From an uncultured virus (IMG/VR IMGVR_UViG_3300046314_000297) (Duplodnaviria; Heunggongvirae; Uroviricota; Caudoviricetes), in the IMG/VR virus record IMGVR_UViG_3300046314_000297: 64,000 nt of DNA. One strand, written 5' to 3'. Position numbers and translations under genes: made by a program. Of the stretch, positions 33,378 to 42,586 are shown piece by piece; position 1 is the first letter of the stretch; every line of letters starts with the position of its first letter. Under the pieces are notes generated by a model that saw only the letters and a program-made list of their open reading frames with translations, was not told the DNA's origin and did not search any database.

Positions 33378-33950
33378 CTAGGCGAATTTGACTTGAGTTG
33401 CGTATACGGTGTAAGTTGCTGAAGCCGTCTTTACAATAGTGAATGCATAGCGGTCAATAGATGATGCATTTCCACCAGTAGGAGCAGTGCCGCCATTCCA
33501 TTTAGGGGTTACAGAAGTGCCGTCAATAGTGAAGCTAGTTGGGTAATAAGCACTCGAACCGTTAGTAATGTCCAAGATGATGGATATAGCGGTGTTAGTG
33601 GCCATGAAAGAGTTTAGGGTAGTAGTTGAATTGCCACGGATAGCTAGGGCACCATTAGCAGTTGCGTTTGCTGTAATGTACTGAACCGCGCCGGAGATAA
33701 CATCAAAAGTATAGCCAGCAAAACCAGTCCCAGAAACAACAATAGTTTCCTGACCTGCGCCTGTGATAACTGGGTTATTCATTACACCAGAAAGACCGCC
33801 GTAAGCAAGGGAGTTCCAAGCGGTAGAGCCATTGCCAAGCTTGAACTTGTTTGTATCAGTCTCGTAGGCTGCTTCACCAGCCGCGAGGACTGGGTTAGCT
33901 GCGGTCCAGTTAGCCGCTGTATCGCGACGCCATTGTATTTGAACTGCCAT
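33378..33950 (-). CDS. Mtd_N-like N-terminal domain plus '...KFA' domain
   Basis: [43 protein letters not shown]...KFA. Confidence 0.8.
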   Translation of the reverse strand: MAVQIQWRRDTAANWTAANPVLAAGEAAYETDTNKFKLGNGSTAWNSLAYGGLSGVMNNPVITGAGQETIVVSGTGFAGYTFDVISGAVQYITANATANGALAIRGNSTTTLNSFMATNTAISIILDITNGSSAYYPTSFTIDGTSVTPKWNGGTAPTGGNASSIDRYAFTIVKTASATYTVYATQVKFA

Positions 33951-34186
33951 TAGTTTCCGCTCGCATTTCCGCCAGATATGGCTGTAAGACCGCTATAGTT
34001 ACTAGTTGCGGACCCTCCATCAAGGTTACCATACGGTGCACCTGCGGTACCAGCTGGGCCAGTTGGTCCAATTGCAACGGCAGTAACTAGGTCCCAGGTT
34101 GAGGCGCTAGAGTTCCACGAATAGGTAGCTGATCCAGCTACAAAAGTCTGCCCGTTTGTTGGGGAGTTTGGGAAATTAATGGCCAT
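33950..34186 (-). CDS. Mini-protein: MAINFP module plus GAPYGNLDGG tail
   Basis: 78 aa; leaderless; TAATG overlap with Mtd_N gene. Confidence 0.8.
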   Translation of the reverse strand: MAINFPNSPTNGQTFVAGSATYSWNSSASTWDLVTAVAIGPTGPAGTAGAPYGNLDGGSATSNYSGLTAISGGNASGN

Positions 34187-34192
34187 ATATAA

Positions 34193-34201
34193 ATTTTACC
34201 T
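34193..34201 (-). promoter_or_regulatory. Cassette promoter AGGTAAAAT, leaderless
   Basis: TAAAAT lies 6 nt upstream of ATG 34186. Confidence 0.6.
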
Positions 34202-34226
34202 TATTTAGATTGCTGTGACGGTCTAG

Positions 34227-35027
34227 TTAGACTCCCCATTTATTGAACAAATAGTTTTCTACTAAGTTTCTATCTGTTGTAGATAGCGGAGCGCTGTAGA
34301 TGATGAGCTCTGCTACATACGTTCCAGAGTATGAAGTCACTTCTTGACAGCCTATAGAGTTACTAGGGTTGGCTGGTGTACCCGAGTAAGATGCGGTACC
34401 ATCATCAGTTCTTGATTGCCTATAAGCTATTGTCGATCCATTCCAAGAAGCATTAATACTATAAAAATTTGATGTATTGAAGGTAGCTACGGAAGATCCC
34501 CCCATCCATGCAACCCCTGAATGTAAAAGTGTCTGCCTTGCTGCTGTCTGCCCTGGCAAGCAGTATGCTAGAGCATTGGTAACCCCCTGAGACCCATAAA
34601 AACCAGTAGTCTCGTTTGCTAAAACATTTTTACTCTTAACTACAGCAAAAATATGAGTGTTTTTGCTGCTGTGGGTGACTGGGTTAGCTATGCTCAGGAA
34701 CGTAGAGTTTGCAGCCGTGAATTCCATAGCCGGCAGCCCGTTCTGTGCGTTAGTGGTATATAAAGGTTGCTGTCCTGATATGCCTTGAGCGGCATGTCTA
34801 CCATTGCCGCTTTTGTCTAGAAGACTAGATACTTTACCCCCCGAAACTGTGACAGAGGACGGATCTGCAACGTCATACCAAGATAGTAGATTAGTGCGTA
34901 CGGGTAGCGTCAAGCTGGCCCAAGAGTTAGCTTTTATAGCTGCGTACTGCTCTTCTACACGCCAAATCCCACTAGAAGACGAGCTTGTAGAGTTGTTAGC
35001 CGGGCCTAGAACCCCTCCATTAGGCAT
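34227..35027 (-). CDS. LamG/ConA-like lectin-fold tip protein
   Basis: Start moved to MPNGG; WYD...DKSGNGRHAAQ...NGLP..F...ELIIY...VENYLFNKWG. Confidence 0.75.
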   Translation of the reverse strand: MPNGGVLGPANNSTSSSSSGIWRVEEQYAAIKANSWASLTLPVRTNLLSWYDVADPSSVTVSGGKVSSLLDKSGNGRHAAQGISGQQPLYTTNAQNGLPAMEFTAANSTFLSIANPVTHSSKNTHIFAVVKSKNVLANETTGFYGSQGVTNALAYCLPGQTAARQTLLHSGVAWMGGSSVATFNTSNFYSINASWNGSTIAYRQSRTDDGTASYSGTPANPSNSIGCQEVTSYSGTYVAELIIYSAPLSTTDRNLVENYLFNKWGV

Positions 35028-35029
35028 TT

Positions 35030-36058
35030 TTACCTCACCCAAATCAAACCAACGCCGTTGGTATAGTAATTTCCAGACACCTGAGTCGCCGTATTTCCTA
35101 GGAAGTTTTTACCGCTAGTGCCTGCTGCAGCACGCTGAGAGTTCCATTGACAGCTGAACCCGCTAGTAGAAGTTGTTGGAGGGGAGATAGTTGCTGAAGC
35201 ATTTCCACCGTCCCATGCAAAACTTTGACCAACAGGAACGCCGGAAAACGCGTAGTCTCCAGACATACCCCATCCGCCAATCTGATTACAAGTATCTGCA
35301 CCGGTTGTCGTATCTGGAATCGAGTTATACCAGAACCGGAATACGTCATTGCTTGCGCCAGAATCTACGTGTGATCCTACATTTAAATGTAGGTAAGCAT
35401 TAGGAAAAAATGTATTGTCTGTAGAAGCAGCTTTAGTCCAACGATATGCGCTAGTAGTGTAGCCATTCCAAGTTCTACCTCCATTTTCATGGTAAGCCGA
35501 GGTCGAGTTCTGCTTAGCTGCCAGAGTAGTTCCAATTTGACTTGGAGAATTTCCCGCTGAGGGCTGGGTGTATCTAGCAATAGCAGTACTAGCAAATGTG
35601 GAAGCACCATACCCGTACTCAAGCATAATCTCGGTATGAGGGTAATACCCATATACTGCTGTTTTTACTTCACCCGTAGTTCTGGCATTAGACGGGGCTG
35701 CTGAATAGCTAGCTGCATTTTCCCACCAAGTAGGGTCAAAGTAGTGACGAGTAGTGCCTGTACCAAGATTAGAGTCTAGGCGCATTGCGAGCATCCAGCC
35801 ACCGCCTTGAGTAGTCAGATCGCAATAAACTTGAGTAGGCCCTACTGTAGGCAGATTGATGTAGTATAGGCCACTAGTGGTATTGCCAGCAGCGACTAAA
35901 GCAGCAGCACTAGCTGCTGGGTTAGCGGCTGAGCCTAAAGGTAGCCATGAATTCGATGAAGTTAACATCTGCTGAGTCCTCGCAGAAAAAACTCCGCCAG
36001 TAGATCCAGTGCCAGAGGCTCCTATATAGCCCCCGTTTGCTCTATGCCCCTTAGGCAT
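35030..36058 (-). CDS. Fibrinogen-like (YCD) domain tip protein
   Basis: Start moved to MPKGH (TAATG); SGLYYI...VYCDLTTQGGGWML. Confidence 0.75.
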   Translation of the reverse strand: MPKGHRANGGYIGASGTGSTGGVFSARTQQMLTSSNSWLPLGSAANPAASAAALVAAGNTTSGLYYINLPTVGPTQVYCDLTTQGGGWMLAMRLDSNLGTGTTRHYFDPTWWENAASYSAAPSNARTTGEVKTAVYGYYPHTEIMLEYGYGASTFASTAIARYTQPSAGNSPSQIGTTLAAKQNSTSAYHENGGRTWNGYTTSAYRWTKAASTDNTFFPNAYLHLNVGSHVDSGASNDVFRFWYNSIPDTTTGADTCNQIGGWGMSGDYAFSGVPVGQSFAWDGGNASATISPPTTSTSGFSCQWNSQRAAAGTSGKNFLGNTATQVSGNYYTNGVGLIWVR

Positions 36059-36417
36059 TATGCAAGGATCTCGTACGAGCAAACCGCACTTAGATATGAG
36101 TTTACTGAAGCGGTTAGGCGAAGAGAGTCACCCTCTTCTAGATAGATAGAAGATGTCTTGTCTAGTACAACTAAGGTAGCGCCTGCCGGAACTGAGATTA
36201 CGTGAGCAATTTTGTATTCTACAGTAGATCGGAAAATAGAAGCTGTTATTGTTGCGGCGGCGGTTCCATTTACATTTGCAATTATTAGATCGTTTATCTT
36301 AACTATTGTCGACGACGCGGCTGAGTTAGTGACAATATCGGCTGGAGTAGTAGTCGGCAGCTGAACTGCAGTTTTGCCTAGAATACTAGTTACGTTTACG
36401 ATGTTTGGATTAGCCAT
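36058..36417 (-). CDS. Small beta-sandwich adaptor-like protein (MANPNIV type)
   Basis: IANVNGT...ISVPAGATLVV...IYLEEGDSL...SYE. Confidence 0.7.
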   Translation of the reverse strand: MANPNIVNVTSILGKTAVQLPTTTPADIVTNSAASSTIVKINDLIIANVNGTAAATITASIFRSTVEYKIAHVISVPAGATLVVLDKTSSIYLEEGDSLRLTASVNSYLSAVCSYEILA

Positions 36418-36420
36418 TGC

Positions 36421-36867
36421 TTAACCTCCGAAAATAATTGACATAGCAATGATTTTGCCTGTCGCTGCTAGGGGGCCAGTTGGCCCTGTTGCGCCGTTAA
36501 TACCGTTGGTCCCGTTAGCGCCTGTCGCTCCAGTTACTCCGGTAGGTCCCATGTTTGCACTACCAACCTGAACCCACTGAGAGCTATCACCATCAGTGTA
36601 GTAAACATATGTAAATCCACGGATGCTATCAAACCAAGCATCGCCTGTACTAGGTGAGACAGGGGCAGTATCGCTAGTTGTAAACTTGCCTTTTGCACCA
36701 GTTGCTCCGGTAGGCCCTGGAGCTGTAGAAGTCGGACCTGTAGGCCCAGTTGGACCTTCAATAATAGCACCCTTAGACTTCCAAGTGGCACCAGACCAAG
36801 TCCAGGTAATACCATTCGCAACTACGGTTTGACCGACAGTTGGGCTAGCTGGAAAATTGATTGCCAT
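36421..36867 (-). CDS. Short collagen-like protein: MAINFP module, GDxWF module, hydrophobic TGKIIAMSIIFGG tail
   Basis: Motifs read from translation. Confidence 0.8.
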   Translation of the reverse strand: MAINFPASPTVGQTVVANGITWTWSGATWKSKGAIIEGPTGPTGPTSTAPGPTGATGAKGKFTTSDTAPVSPSTGDAWFDSIRGFTYVYYTDGDSSQWVQVGSANMGPTGVTGATGANGTNGINGATGPTGPLAATGKIIAMSIIFGG

Positions 36868-36905
36868 TGATATCCTAGGTAGAAGGGCTACTCTATTTTA
36901 TCATG
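36851..36905. repeat. 55-bp exact direct repeat, copy 1 (promoter + RBS + MAINFP codons on minus strand)
   Basis: GGAAAATTGATTGCCATTGATATCCTAGGTAGAAGGGCTACTCTATTTTATCATG identical to 49489..49543. Confidence 0.95.
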
Positions 36906-36928
36906 TAAATCAAGTAGTTGGGTTGATT

Positions 36929-38485
36929 CTATACACCAAAGCGAGATCGGAAGGTCTCGAAGTTCTGAGAGATTTCCCCCGTAGTCAGTATTCGGTTATA
37001 TACCCAGAAGTTGGCTAGGTTTCCAGCCCATGGGCCACCACCACCTGGCTCATCGCCGATTACACGACCAAGTACGTAAGATCCCGACGGGGCTCCAGCA
37101 TTTGAACCACCGTAGCTACCAATAAAAGTAGTGTTCTTATATACGCTCGGGACGCCAGATCCATCAAGAATCATGGTAACCATCTGCCAACCAGTGTTCC
37201 ACTGAACGCCTGTACTAATCCAGCGAATACCTGAGAAAAGCATAATGGCCTCAGTGCCGGTATTTGAGTAATAAGTTGTTCCCTGCCCTACCGAGTAGCC
37301 GACTCCATTACTTCCTAGGCGGAAAAATGGCCCCTTACGTCCAGCTTGGACATTTACCCATCCTTGAAGTGTTACATTAGAGATTGCAGTTGTAGGGAGT
37401 GTGCCTGATACGTAGTCATCAACTCCATCAAAGACAATGCTCCCACCATTAGCAGCACTGTATGTCGGGCCATTTAGAAGAGTTCCGTGATAGTTATTCC
37501 CGCTGAGATCTGACCAAGTTGTTCCAGAGCCCGAGTAAGAGGTAGATTTAGCGGCATCAAGATTTAGAATAAGTCCGCTAGAGATAGGGGATAGTACAGC
37601 TGGAGCTGACCCACCAGCGCTAGGTGTTAAGTATTTAATAATTACTACACCAGACCCTCCTGAACCACCGCCCTGTGCCCAACCTTTTCCACCACCACCT
37701 GAGCCAGTATTTGCAGATCCAGTTGGATCAATCTGAATGTTTTGAAACTGAGGATAGTTGTATCCAGAAGTTCCACCGCCGATACCATTGCCGCGATCGC
37801 CGTAGTAGAACCCTGCACCTACACCACCAGCCGCATACCAAGTAGCAGTACCTGAGATAGAAAGCTGCAAACCTTCACCGGCACCACCGGGAGAGTTACG
37901 GAATCCACCTGGACTTTGACGGTCATAGCCAGCACCGCCAGCGCCACCACCACCACCTGCACCAGAGTCAGAGCCACCAGCGTTAGCAGAAGATGCTACA
38001 CCGCCAATATTTCCTTGGTCTACAGTTCTAGCACCACCGGCACCATTTGTAGGGCCACCACCACCACCAGATCCTCCCGCACCACCAGTTGCATAGTATG
38101 AGTTTGCACCAGTTCCGCCACCTACAGCTGTATAGGTGCTAAAGGTAGTGTTGCTACCCTGTGAGTTTAGGCCGCCACCACCGCCGATTACAATAGGTAA
38201 GATTCCAGTTAGGACTACTGAGGTTGGTTGAAGAAGACCACCAGCACCTCCACCACCGCAATAGTTGGCACCACCATTACCGCCACCTCCACCACCAGCA
38301 ATCACGAGAATGTCTGCAGTGATACTACCGCCAGTTATAGATAAAGTGTCGCTAGCTGTAAATGTTCGGATTGTGTAAGCTCCGCTAACAACTGCAGTTC
38401 CGCCAGTTACTGTAGGTCCGGAAGCACCGCCACTACCTTTAAAAGCTCTAGCTGCAGAGTTACTAAATGTCTGTAATACAGGCAT
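36929..38485 (-). CDS. Glycine-rich domain (MPVL N-peptide) plus LamG-like domain
   Basis: Gly-rich N-half; GLILNLDA..SYSGSGTTWSDLSGN...FDGVDDYV...YNRILT..EI.QNF. Confidence 0.8.
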   Translation of the reverse strand: MPVLQTFSNSAARAFKGSGGASGPTVTGGTAVVSGAYTIRTFTASDTLSITGGSITADILVIAGGGGGGNGGANYCGGGGAGGLLQPTSVVLTGILPIVIGGGGGLNSQGSNTTFSTYTAVGGGTGANSYYATGGAGGSGGGGGPTNGAGGARTVDQGNIGGVASSANAGGSDSGAGGGGGAGGAGYDRQSPGGFRNSPGGAGEGLQLSISGTATWYAAGGVGAGFYYGDRGNGIGGGTSGYNYPQFQNIQIDPTGSANTGSGGGGKGWAQGGGSGGSGVVIIKYLTPSAGGSAPAVLSPISSGLILNLDAAKSTSYSGSGTTWSDLSGNNYHGTLLNGPTYSAANGGSIVFDGVDDYVSGTLPTTAISNVTLQGWVNVQAGRKGPFFRLGSNGVGYSVGQGTTYYSNTGTEAIMLFSGIRWISTGVQWNTGWQMVTMILDGSGVPSVYKNTTFIGSYGGSNAGAPSGSYVLGRVIGDEPGGGGPWAGNLANFWVYNRILTTGEISQNFETFRSRFGV

Positions 38486-39012
38486 TATGCGTACTTTGTT
38501 TGAGAGCCAATAACGTTATAAGCGTTTACGCCAACTTTAAAAATAGATAGCGTGTACACATCGAGAGCGTTAGCATTTCCACCGGTAGGAGTAGATGTCC
38601 ACTTAGGTACGTAAGCCACGCCATCAATTAGGTACGAGGTTGGGTAATAAGCAGTACCAGCATTAGGAACCATGAGGGTAATTGTCATAACCTGACCTAC
38701 AGCCATAAAAGCATTTAATGACTGAGTTGGACTGGCGGTAACTCTCAATGAGCCATTAGCTGTAGCCGTATTTGCTAGGTATTGGATAGCACCATTAGAG
38801 ACTGCGTAGAAATCATAACCTGCAAATCCAGACTCATTAACATAAAAGTTTTCTAGAGCCTGACCGCTAAAAACAGGATTAGCAAGCGTAGTTGCTAGAT
38901 TACCAATTACACCATTAGCAGCAGTAATAGACCCAGCAACTAGTGATCCAACAGCCTCTGAAGAAAAAGCTACAGGCTCGTCAAAGTTATGGTTAAGCTT
39001 GTTCAGACCCAT
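38485..39012 (-). CDS. Stand-alone '...KFA/KYA' domain protein
   Basis: GFAGYDF...YYPTS..IDG...PKW..PTGGNANALDVY...KYA. Confidence 0.75.
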   Translation of the reverse strand: MGLNKLNHNFDEPVAFSSEAVGSLVAGSITAANGVIGNLATTLANPVFSGQALENFYVNESGFAGYDFYAVSNGAIQYLANTATANGSLRVTASPTQSLNAFMAVGQVMTITLMVPNAGTAYYPTSYLIDGVAYVPKWTSTPTGGNANALDVYTLSIFKVGVNAYNVIGSQTKYA

Positions 39013-39024
39013 TAGGGACTCCTT

Positions 39025-42000
39025 TTAAGCCTGAGCCTCAGACCATGATAGACGGCCTAGTACGTCAATAGCTGATGCACCGAGGTTAGTTACTGAAATG
39101 GTTAGAACGTCTGGACCATCTGGGTAAATATTTGTGTTGGAGTTGGCTCCACCACCACCCAGAATCGAGTTACCAAGGTCACGAACCTTATCCAAGTCTA
39201 CCGAAGTAGTTCCTGATACGAAGAATCCGCCAGTAACTTCACCATTTGAAACGGTAGTAGTTCCACCAGCGTAGTCAGCAAGCTGAGCAAGTGAAGAGTT
39301 AGCTACACCAGTAGCATTTTTAACTGCGTTAGTCCATGCCGTAGCTGAAGATGGAGTTCCATTAAGAACAGCTGTTACAAGGAATGTAGCACCTGTGGTC
39401 TTAGTAGTAACGTCTAGCGCACGGAGGATGAGCTGCATGCGGTTAACAAGTTCACGAGCACCGAATGCTGCAGGAGTACCGTTATCTACCGATGGTGAAA
39501 CACGGATAGAGAACAGGGCCTTTGAAGCACCAGCAGTAATGTTAGTGAAGGTAGTCTGACCAAAGGTGAACAAGAGAGACTTGTCATCGTCGTAACGACC
39601 ATCCATAATAACCGAGGTACCCCAGTGGCTAATGCTTGGGGCATAGGTTGGGTATGCCTGCTCAACTGCGATTGGTGCAGTTGCTGAGAAGGTAAACGCC
39701 TGAGCTGCTCCGGCCATAGGTGCAAAAATAACTGAAGTAGGGTTAGCTACAACAGCAGCATTGCTAAATGTGATGGTAGTTCCCGAGATAGCTGAAACAA
39801 AGGTATTGTCAGGGAAGTTAGTGTGCACAACGCGCTGACCAACCTGAATACCTGTGCTAGCCGAGACAGTTCCAAGGTTTGACCCAGCAGCAATAGTTAC
39901 GTTAGTTGTTGCTCCAGCCTGAGCACGGGTTAGTCCGGTGAATGATGTTGTAGTAACACCGGTGTAGTTTACATACTCAAAAGCTGTAGCGCTGCGAATT
40001 ACGATAGTTCCTGTAGGAGAGAATCCGCTAGTAGAACGAACATTGATTGAAGTATCAGTTGCGCCAATTGATGAAGTGATTTGAGTAATCTTTGAGAAAG
40101 TATTTGACTCGTAGCGGGCTGGAAGGTTTCCAGAGCGCATGTATGCTTCATTGTTGATGTTGTTGTTAGGCATACGGTGTACATACACTACGTTACCGTT
40201 TGGACCACGAAGACCCCAACGAACATATCCCGCACCATACCAGGTGTAGTCAATATAGAACATCTGCATCTTTGATAGGTCGATGCTGTAGCCTGAAGGC
40301 CCGGTTCCGTCCATCTTGTCGATGTTCCACTGCGACTGAGGGATACGAGTCTCTACAGTCTTTGACATAGTGACGTGGGTAGTAGTGGCACCGCGATATG
40401 CAGGGGTGATTGTCAGTGAGGTGTCAGAAGCAATGTCCTGCACACGGTATGACTGTCCGCGAATGACAATAAAGTCACCAACAGCTAGCTGCTTATTGAA
40501 GGTAGTTGCATAGGATGCGTCAGTCTGTGAAACAGTAGTAGAACCATTAACTACAGAAACACGACCTGCTACCTGATATGTGGAGCTGCGGCGAACAGCA
40601 TAAAGAGCCTGACCGTCATACTCGAAGAACAAGCCATTCTGGTTGTCAAAAGTTCCTAGACGGTTAGTTGCGCCGTACCATGAGGTAACTGATGCATAGA
40701 ATTGACCTGAAGCAGGGGTTGCCGAAGGGGTTGAAAGAGCCGTGTACTGGAAAGTGTTGAATCCAGTAACGTTGGTCACTACAAACGTACCGTTGTAGGC
40801 AGACTCATTAGCACCCGAGATGGTTACTGAGGTTCCAGGCTGGATGTTGTGCTGCTCTTTAGTCTGAACAGTAACAGTAGTTCCAGATGAAGTCAAAGCA
40901 TCTAGCTGTAGAGCTGGCTTTAGGATGGTACCAGATGAGATCTGGATGCCCTTACCTGACTGGTAACGGAAGTAACGACGAGTCTGGCGGATAGCTTGCT
41001 CGTTGTTTGAGGTTCCGTTAGAGGTGAAAATAACTCCACCGTCAAATGGTCGGTGTAGGAACTGTGCCTGAGGACGAGCATAAATAGCTGCTGAGCCATA
41101 GCCAAGAGTACCAGTTGGTGCTGCAGCTGCATAGTATACGAAGGATACTGCACTAAGTACCGAGGCAACAATGAATGAGCCATTAGGTGCGTTAGTAGAT
41201 GCAGTAGTGCCAGTAACAGCAATCTCATTACCGATTGAAAGTCCGTGAGCTACAGTGGTGGCTACAGTAATTGCAGTACCGCTGTAAGTCATGATATTCG
41301 GTGCTCCACCAATCTGAGCACCGCTGTAGATGCTTCCCTGGTAGATAGCGGTCTTGTTAGCATCAAAAATTGCAGTAATGGTCGAGCTAGTGTTGATTGC
41401 ACGAGCAGTAAATGTGAAGGTAGTAGAGCTAGGAACGGTCTCAATGATGAAGTTACCGTTGGCAATGTTTAGGTAAGTATCCTGAACAGTAATTGCCTGC
41501 CCTGCTGAAAGACCGTGGTTAGCTGAAGTAGTAACAGTTACGGTGCGGCCATTCTGTGGGAATGCGATACCTGAAATATTTGGGATGAATACAGGGTAAG
41601 CGTAAGCAAATGGGCGGTTGTTGGTCATAGCCAAGTTTTCCCACTTAGATACCTGCATACCGTACTCGAAGTCAGTGTCAATAAGCGCCTGAGGCTGCGA
41701 TACACGAAGCTTGTTAGTTGGGTCTAGCTGAGTGTCAGCAGGCGTAAATGACTCTGCAAACTCATCAACCGTAATCTGAAGCTTGTCAGTAGATGACATT
41801 GCAGTGGTGTTGTAGTTCAAGACAATAGTTGTCGACTCAACCATGTTTGCAGTCGAGCTTGTATATGAAGTTGCCTTCAAGGCGATATCAGAGAAGTTAT
41901 AAATCACCTGGTTGGTAGTGACGTTGGTAATTAGGAGTAGGCGCTCACGGGCAATGAACTTCGGAATAACGATAGTTCTAGTAGACGGCGTAAAGGTGTA

Positions 42001-42030
42001 CGCGGTGTCTAGGATGATTTTTCTAGCCAT
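39025..42030 (-). CDS. Large beta-rich virion structural protein (MARKI type)
   Basis: 1001 aa; LRVSQPQALIDTDFEYG; repeated T...H-G/N-L/I..G..I.V units; RYFRYQSGKG. Confidence 0.75.
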   Translation of the reverse strand: MARKIILDTAYTFTPSTRTIVIPKFIARERLLLITNVTTNQVIYNFSDIALKATSYTSSTANMVESTTIVLNYNTTAMSSTDKLQITVDEFAESFTPADTQLDPTNKLRVSQPQALIDTDFEYGMQVSKWENLAMTNNRPFAYAYPVFIPNISGIAFPQNGRTVTVTTSANHGLSAGQAITVQDTYLNIANGNFIIETVPSSTTFTFTARAINTSSTITAIFDANKTAIYQGSIYSGAQIGGAPNIMTYSGTAITVATTVAHGLSIGNEIAVTGTTASTNAPNGSFIVASVLSAVSFVYYAAAAPTGTLGYGSAAIYARPQAQFLHRPFDGGVIFTSNGTSNNEQAIRQTRRYFRYQSGKGIQISSGTILKPALQLDALTSSGTTVTVQTKEQHNIQPGTSVTISGANESAYNGTFVVTNVTGFNTFQYTALSTPSATPASGQFYASVTSWYGATNRLGTFDNQNGLFFEYDGQALYAVRRSSTYQVAGRVSVVNGSTTVSQTDASYATTFNKQLAVGDFIVIRGQSYRVQDIASDTSLTITPAYRGATTTHVTMSKTVETRIPQSQWNIDKMDGTGPSGYSIDLSKMQMFYIDYTWYGAGYVRWGLRGPNGNVVYVHRMPNNNINNEAYMRSGNLPARYESNTFSKITQITSSIGATDTSINVRSTSGFSPTGTIVIRSATAFEYVNYTGVTTTSFTGLTRAQAGATTNVTIAAGSNLGTVSASTGIQVGQRVVHTNFPDNTFVSAISGTTITFSNAAVVANPTSVIFAPMAGAAQAFTFSATAPIAVEQAYPTYAPSISHWGTSVIMDGRYDDDKSLLFTFGQTTFTNITAGASKALFSIRVSPSVDNGTPAAFGARELVNRMQLILRALDVTTKTTGATFLVTAVLNGTPSSATAWTNAVKNATGVANSSLAQLADYAGGTTTVSNGEVTGGFFVSGTTSVDLDKVRDLGNSILGGGGANSNTNIYPDGPDVLTISVTNLGASAIDVLGRLSWSEAQA

Positions 42031-42585
42031 TTAAGCTCCTAATAGGATATCCGCTGCATTGAACGGATATTGACTTGGTGTTGATACAGTTGCTGCTCCA
42101 GGAAGCACACGCCCGTCGAAAGTTGCTCCTGCAGGAATAGGCTCAGTGAAAGAAATGTATCCCTCTAAGTCTACCATAAAACCGTCTTTGGATAGGCCCG
42201 ACTGCCATACGTATTCCGGGAATGTTATTTTCTGAGCAATACCATTTATAAAGATAAGCAGTTTATAAGGATTTGCTACTGAAATAGGAGTTCCCTGATA
42301 TGTAGGGATAAATCTAGTAGAGAGCCCATCAAAAACTGGCGTATCTATAGGGTATAGCTGATTGTCTGCAAGTAGTGCATAACGAGTGTCATTTACAGTG
42401 TTCTCTGCAGTACGATCTAGGCCAACAACTTTTGTATTTGAGTCATATGTTATTGGCGATGTCGCGCTTACTACTCCAGATACATAGCCAGATGCCTTCC
42501 AGGCATAACCGTTCCAATACCAGGTACGGCCATCTGACGTGTAAGTCTGGTTTAGAGTTGGAGAACTAGGGAATGTCATAGTCAT
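42031..42585 (-). CDS. FP.SP-module protein with PFNAADILLGA tail
   Basis: Start moved to ATG 42585 (MTMTFPSSP...WYWNGYAW). Confidence 0.75.
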   Translation of the reverse strand: MTMTFPSSPTLNQTYTSDGRTWYWNGYAWKASGYVSGVVSATSPITYDSNTKVVGLDRTAENTVNDTRYALLADNQLYPIDTPVFDGLSTRFIPTYQGTPISVANPYKLLIFINGIAQKITFPEYVWQSGLSKDGFMVDLEGYISFTEPIPAGATFDGRVLPGAATVSTPSQYPFNAADILLGA

Positions 42586-42586
42586 A

